A stretch of 53,618 bases of DNA, counting the filler, from Jimgerdemannia flammicorona (Eukaryota), in NCBI GenBank assembly GCA_003990765.1. It is 3 parts of 3 records of this genome, joined end to end, with 100 filler letters (N's around TTAATTAATTAA, not from the genome) between each part and the next. Parts side by side here need not be neighbours in the genome. Positions count along the whole stretch, not along the records: positions 35,814 to 53,618 come from RBNJ01002400.1; 2 more parts are not named here. One strand, given 5' to 3'. The notes below the pieces were generated by a model. It was not told where the DNA came from. It saw only the letters and a program-made list of their open reading frames with translations, and did not search any database. Of the stretch, positions 47,793 to 53,618 are shown in pieces. Numbering within the stretch: position 1 is the first letter of the stretch; each line of letters opens with the position of its first letter. Both the position numbers and the translations under genes were made by a program.

Positions 47793-50700
47793 TGTGGCAT
47801 CGGTTTTGTATAATGAACTTCGACTGCACGGCTCAATGTGTGCCACTTGGTGAAGTGCGTGATTAATAACTGAAGGCGTTGGTGACATTTGTGGGGTCAA
47901 TGGTCATGTGATTGGTCGTTCGATTCGTGCGATAATAGTGGAAAAAAACAGAGGTTGACAGCTTACTCATCCATCTTGACTTGTTAACTTGAGAGGTTCC
48001 TGATGGTCATTCAGGTCTTTGGCAGCAGTCTTATATCCTTTGGCAGGGTATCTTGGGTTCCGGGTCTTGAATCTCGAATGCGCGGTCCGAATGGCAGTCT
48101 GAGTGCACAGCGGTCGAATTCTTGAATCCTCGGCTGGGTCTCGGGTCTTGAATGGCAGTCGAATGGTGGCAGTCGGGTAATGTTTTCTTTTAAACACAAA
48201 CTGACTGAATGGCGGGCGGTCCATGGTCTTGAATCCTTTTCGTGGCAGCAAAATTGGCAGGTGGTCTGTGGTCTTGAATCCTTGGCTGGGTAACTTGGGT
48301 CTCGAATGGTGGCAGTCGGGTAACGTTTTCTTTCCGTGGCAAGAGAAAATTCTTTAACTCAAACTTCCGAGCAATCCATTGCTCTAGGTTGTCATCTTGT
48401 TCTCAGAATTTATCCAGTCTCTTGGAGGCAGTGGTTATTTCTCAAAACCAGTTAACTGAGGTTTATTCACTCTAAGAATATGGGTTATTTACACAAGTTT
48501 GCTAGCTATGGGCATGGCTAAGGTATACTATATTGTAGTGAACTTTGCTATGCTATTGGCTTGTACGATGCGAGGTGCAGGCTATTGTTTACTATGGATT
48601 GGGTTGTAGGGGATAGCAATGCTGAAAATGGGTGTGACAATTGTTTGCGCCGAATAGGGATAAGATGAGTGCTAGTGCTGGATATGGCTGTTGTGGGTGG
48701 TAATGCTGGATTCGGACTTGCTGACAAAACGCTGAAAACGGTGGTACTGGATAGCAACGCTGGATTCAGATGAGCTGACATGATACAATGATTGTTGCCA
48801 GAAACGGTTATGGAGGGTGGCAACACTGAATTCGGATCTGCTGACAAAATGCTGAAAATGGTGGTACTGGGTAGCAATACTGGAAACAGACTTGCTGATA
48901 AAAGCTGGGTTCTCACAGCTGATGGGCAGTACTCTAGAGGAAATAGTACCCTTCGTCTGTGGTGGGCAAATCTTACTGGGTTGTGATTTCTTCTTCATCA
49001 TATCTCTCCTCAAAGGGGGGAAGCGCTGGCCAAGAGGTGAGGGGGTAGAAAAGTGGCCAATCATCTTCAACAACATTCTCCAACTCTTGAACAGCTTGAA
49101 TGTAGACAGAGGACTGGTAGACTCTTTGTTGCTCCTCTTCTTCTTCTGAAGGCTCGTCAGTTTCAGTGTCAGAGGGGGTTTCTTCAGGGGCAGGGTCTTG
49201 GAGTTCTTGGGTTTCCTCCTTAAAGACAGGGACCTCTTGGGCTTCTTCTTGATTCGGTTCCCAAATGATGAGATGTGAATTGTGGCTGACAGGGTGGTGG
49301 GTGGTAGGGGTAGCTCCAATGGGTGCTTCTATAGTAATGGGTAGTCCTTCAAACATCTCTATAAGGCTCATTAGGTGACCTTGATGGTTGTCTTGGAGTG
49401 GGGTAGTGTGGAAACCTGGTTGAGTAGGTTCGGTTTGTTGACTTCCTACAGCGATGCGGTTGCTGCCAATAGAGTTGGCTACTTCAGATTCTATCCAGTC
49501 AGCATCTTCAGTTGAAAGGTGGGAAAGGCTGCCAGTCGTTACTCCTTGCAAGTGTGCTATAGCCCAGAGAATATGGCGGAAGATTTGGTGGACACGGAGG
49601 GCTCTCTTGATTAGCCAGCTAGTGGTTATCAATTCGGTAATGAGGCCTTCCCGGTCATCTTCTTGAGTTTCATTGCAAAGGCGGTGTCCGATTTCGTAGT
49701 CATGCCAGAGGGTCATTCGTTCAGTAGTGTCTTTGAGCTGTTGGGTCATTATATACTGGTAGTTGGTGAAGTGTCCAAGGTTCTCGGTGTAGAAGTTCAA
49801 GTATTCGGAAGTATCTGGGCACCAAATGGCCTTCTTGATAGCTTCAAAGATCAGGGTCTTTGGGCCAGGCAGAGGGGTAGAGCGGCGGGAGGTCTGGTTG
49901 GTTCGGCGAGTGGGAGGCATTATGTGGTGGATACTTGGTTCTTTGGTACTGATCCCTAAAGTGGGGTATGGTTCCTTAAATAACATGGTCTTTATTTTGG
50001 CTCAGATCATCTTATCTTCTTTGGGATAATCACCTAATGGGTCAGGCTGTCTATTTGATTATCACGCCATTATGTTGTCTGACCTTAGCAGTCACCGATA
50101 CTCCATTGTCAATTGTGTACATCATATCTGCCCCTTGCAAAATTAGAGCCATCCTTAGCGGTGAGGGTTACACAGAGTTGGGTGGTCTTAACTCCAGGGA
50201 TGAGCCAAATACTGGCACATTTGTGAGGACTGGCCATCCTTGTCTAGGGTGAGGGCTCCCATAGTCGTGGCTGGGGGTTCGAACCCATCGGAAATAGTAT
50301 TACTTGTAATCCGAGGCAATTTCTTAGTAACAATGTCTGTCACGTGGATGGGCTTGAGTCTGGTTCCAATGTTGTTGGCTTTCTTGAGTTCCGAGTGAAA
50401 CGTCTGTCGTATCTCCAGTAGAGATGACACAGACAGAGTGAACAGAATTGTTCAAATATGTTTTGCTTCTCTTGAGTAGTAGAGTCTTATGCGGTTGCGA
50501 TGTATCTTGGTCTTGAGTATAACTCCATCCAAGGTCTTGAGTTGATAAGTGTGGTTCAAGAATACTTGGTGTATGAGATAGGGGCCTTCCCATTTTGGTT
50601 CAAGCTTGGCACTCTAATTTCCTTCTATGATGGTACGGTACACCAGAACCTTTCATCCAATGAGCAGGGGTTCAAGGTCGGCTTTGCAGTCATAGTACCT

Positions 50701-53200
50701 CTTTTGGCGTTCTTGTGCCTTGGCAATAAATCCTCGTGCTTGCTGGCATATGTTGTGTAACCGGGTGATCTCTTCTGTGACTCATTTTGACAGATCTAGC
50801 TGGACTGATTCAGTAGGATCTTGTGCTTCTCGGCCATACACCAAATAGAAGGGGGTCTGTTGGGTAGCAGTTGCCTTAGAGGTACGGATACTGAACAGAA
50901 TTGCTGGTAGATAGATATCCTAGTTTAGTTGATCTCCGGTTCTACTGAGACCTCTCTTGATGGTCTGGTTCATTTGTTCAGTGAGTCCATTTGCCTGTGG
51001 GTGGTAGGCTGTTGTTGGTCATAGCTTGATCTTGAAGTTGCTCGCAAAGGTCTTCATAGCTTGGTTGATGAATTCTCGGCCTTGGTCTGTAATGATTTCC
51101 TTGGGCACACTATGGTGGCTGAAAATTTCATCATACAGGATCCCAATAATTGTCTGGGCATTGGCAGTCTCGATGGCAAAGGCTTCGGGCCATTTTGTCA
51201 GGTTATCTTCAATAGTGAGGATGTAGCGTCTTCCTCGGCTGGTTACTGGTAGGGGTCCAATAATGTCTATTCCCAGTCTTTGAAAGGCTCCAGCTGGTGC
51301 TGCGATTGGTATTAATGGTGCTCTGTCGGTAGGCTTTTGTCGGTATCTTTGGCAGGTATCACATTGTTGAATGTGCATTGAAATTTGTTTTCTCATCTTG
51401 GGCCACCAGTATCGCTTCTTGATTCTTGCAATTGTGGCACCAATTCCTTGGTGTGCATTTTGGTCATGATTTGTTGTCAGGATCTTCAATATTTCTTCTT
51501 CTCTTGGAACTCGGGTGTATTGCTCTCCTTCTACTCTCCAAAGTTCGCCATCACCTTCTTGGAATTTCTTGAAATTCCTTTGGATAAACAACTTGTGGGC
51601 TGGTTGGATTCCTTTCTTGAAGCTTCTATGGTGTAGACTCCAGGTGAGGGCGAGGCACAATTCTTGGTTCATTTGGGCAAGCGGGAAGCAGCCTTCTCTC
51701 ATGGGGGCTCCTTCCCTTCTTGTTGGTTTCGCGGGATTCTTGACAGAGTATTGATATTGGAATTCTTAACACCTTTCTTATAGACAATAGTGAACTGATA
51801 TTCTTGCAGAGACATGATCCATCTAGCAAAGATTCCTGAGGGCTCCAGCTTGTTGAACAACCATTGTAGAGCTTGATGGTCAGTGATGAGGGCAAATCTC
51901 TTTCCCAAAAGATAGTGTCGGAAGTGGTCCACAGCCCAAACTACTGCTAGGCATTCCAACTTAGTGGCTCCATAGTTCGCTTGTGTTTCATTCGTGGCCT
52001 TGCTAGCATATTTGATAACATGCTCCCTCTTCTGGTCATCTTGCTGAGACAGAATTGATCCAAGTCCTAAGGCTGAGGCATCAGTTGCCAGGATGAACGG
52101 TTTACCAAAGTCTGGTCGCACCAGGATGGGGGCTTCGGTAAGGGCCTTCTTGAGTAGGTCAAATGACTTTTGTTGTTCTTCTTTCCAGTAGAATGGTTGG
52201 TCCTTCTTGGAGATATCTCGGAGAGGTGTTGCCTTGTCTGCAAACCTTGGGATGAATTATCGATAATAGGATACTAGTATAAGGAAGGATAGGGTCTCCT
52301 TTGCTGAGGTCGGGGTTGGGTAGTTCTCAACTTTCTCCACCTTGTGGGGGTCGGCATGTGTTCCTTGAGCTGAGACAACATATCCCAGATATTCGACTTG
52401 ATGTTTTCCGAAGAAGCACTTCTTGGCATTGAGTCTGAGTCCTGAATTTCGAATGGTATTGAATACTTTGCAGAGGTCTTGCAAATGCTACTTGAATGTC
52501 TCAGAGTAGATGATTACATCATCTATGTACACTAGTACATTTCTTCCAATAAGGTCCCGGTAGACATAGTTCATCATTCGTTGGAATGAGGCAGGTGCAT
52601 TGCAGAGTCCAAAGGGCATTCGTAGGTATTCATACTGTTCTCATCTGGTGATGAAGGCCATCTTGCAGATATCTTCTTTGGCAATGGGTATTACTTGGAA
52701 TCCTTGGAACTGGTCGGTAGTGGTATGTATTTGGCTTTTCCGAGGGCATTGATGAGGTCATCAATTCTTAGCAGTGGGTAGGCATCTTCTGTGGTGACTT
52801 TGTTGAGTTTTCTGAAATCCACGACTAATCTCCATCCTCCTTTCTTTGGTACTATGATTGCTGGTGAGGCCCAGGGGCTTGATGATGGTCTGATGACTCC
52901 ATTTCATAGCATTTCATCTATGTATTGTTGTTCGAATTCAATCAGATGATGTGGTGTTCGGTAGGGTCGTTGTCGGATTGGTCTTGCATCTCCAGTATGT
53001 ATAGGATGTTCTCTATATTGATATGGTGGGAAGTTATCATATGTGGTGGTAAATATATCTTTGTACTCCTCTATCAACTCCTGTATTTGTTGTTGCTGGT
53101 CTTTGGTTAGAGTTGTCTCGATGTCAACAGCTTTGATTGCTGAATTTGCTGAGTCTTCCTCTCTGGTACTGTCAGTCTCACCAGAGAGGGCTTGCCGTTT
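47793..53200 (-). mobile_element. Ty3/Gypsy LTR retrotransposon (RT, RNase H, integrase, accessory ORF, 3' LTR region); relatively young, pol has a few stops
   Basis: [11 protein letters not shown] (about 52505-52535), FILATDASALGLG/LECLAVVWAVDHFRHYL (51699-52121), integrase H..H/CDTC and GIDIIGPLP, ITDQGREF (51019-51702). RT-RH-IN order. Candidate LTR end at TG 47793; inner LTR boundary not determined. Confidence 0.92.
48973..49920 (-). CDS. Intact accessory ORF (about 315 aa) of the Gypsy element, downstream of integrase; function unknown
   Basis: Open from ATG 49920 (MPPTRR...). Apparently helical N-half with YEIGHRLCNE and VHQIFRHILW, acidic C-half. Homologous remnants in three other elements in this window. 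Confidence 0.7.
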   Translation of the reverse strand: MPPTRRTNQTSRRSTPLPGPKTLIFEAIKKAIWCPDTSEYLNFYTENLGHFTNYQYIMTQQLKDTTERMTLWHDYEIGHRLCNETQEDDREGLITELITTSWLIKRALRVHQIFRHILWAIAHLQGVTTGSLSHLSTEDADWIESEVANSIGSNRIAVGSQQTEPTQPGFHTTPLQDNHQGHLMSLIEMFEGLPITIEAPIGATPTTHHPVSHNSHLIIWEPNQEEAQEVPVFKEETQELQDPAPEETPSDTETDEPSEEEEEQQRVYQSSVYIQAVQELENVVEDDWPLFYPLTSWPALPPFEERYDEEEITTQ

Positions 53201-53201
53201 C

Positions 53202-53618
53202 TAGTGCTCCGCAAACCCGACCCGATTAACCCGAAACCCGACCCGTAAAACAGCCAACCCGGAATTAGATGTCACCCGTCTTTAACCCAACCCGGAATTA
53301 TACGTCACCCATCTTTAACCCGACCCAGAATTATACGTCACCCGTCTTTAACCCGACCCAGAATTGTACGTCACCCGTCTTTAACCCGACCCGGAATAAT
53401 ACATCACCCGTCTTTAACCCGACCTGGAAATGTATGTCACCCGACCTGTTATTTACCCTTAACCCAAACCTGAACCCGACCCCTGAACCCGACCCTGAAC
53501 CCGACCCCTGAACCCGACCCTGAACCCGACCCTCTGAACTCTGCTCTGAAAAAATGATTCGGAAAATATTTGGATAATATTCAGAGTAATTGAAAGTGAA
53601 AAATATCTGAAGACCACC
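53202..53618. mobile_element. Insertion interrupting the Gypsy pol: probable DNA-transposon (hAT-like) end with 33-bp and 12-bp subterminal repeats
   Basis: Begins TAGTGCTCCGCAAACCCGACCCG. About five to six 33-bp units (acgtcacccgtctttaacccgacccagaattat) at 53269-53445 and tgaacccgaccc repeats at 53471-53532. The repeats are certain; the hAT assignment is inference. Confidence 0.5.

Noticed and set aside
53269..53535. Telomere
   Set aside because: TAACCC occurs only once per longer unit, not as a tandem hexamer array, and ordinary sequence follows.

Overview
Eukaryotic, intron-rich genomic DNA. The gene set (BtuF-like binding protein, Rogdi, FANCL, fungal-type P450) and the short introns suggest an early-diverging, Mucoromycota-like fungus; this is inference. 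The window has two 100-nt scaffold gaps. CpG-rich gene islands (about 9.7-17.8 kb and 30.5-42.5 kb) alternate with blocks of nested transposon relics that are nearly CpG-free and TpA-rich. Genes: (1) a 17-exon gene that I splice by hand into one 594-aa protein, fusing a bacterial-type B12/metal periplasmic-binding (BtuF/TroA-like) domain to a full Rogdi/Rav2 domain (RAVE V-ATPase assembly); (2) a secreted Ser/Thr-rich protein; (3) a polyQ, Cys-rich, AT-hook putative regulator; (4) a disrupted FANCL; (5) an intact 7-exon cytochrome P450 whose upstream region is duplicated next to a gap. Mobile DNA: L1/Tx1-like LINEs; Ty3/Gypsy elements, four of which carry a shared extra ORF (downstream of integrase where integrase is preserved); an endonuclease-less Penelope-like retroelement present as an inverted dimer with about 3-kb arms, whose junction fits fold-back self-priming; a 750-bp polyA SINE-like element in two copies; a foldback MITE; a Tc1 relic; a possible hAT end. 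There are also two unexplained CpG-intact tandem arrays. All splice models and alignments were made by eye, and no database searches were run.
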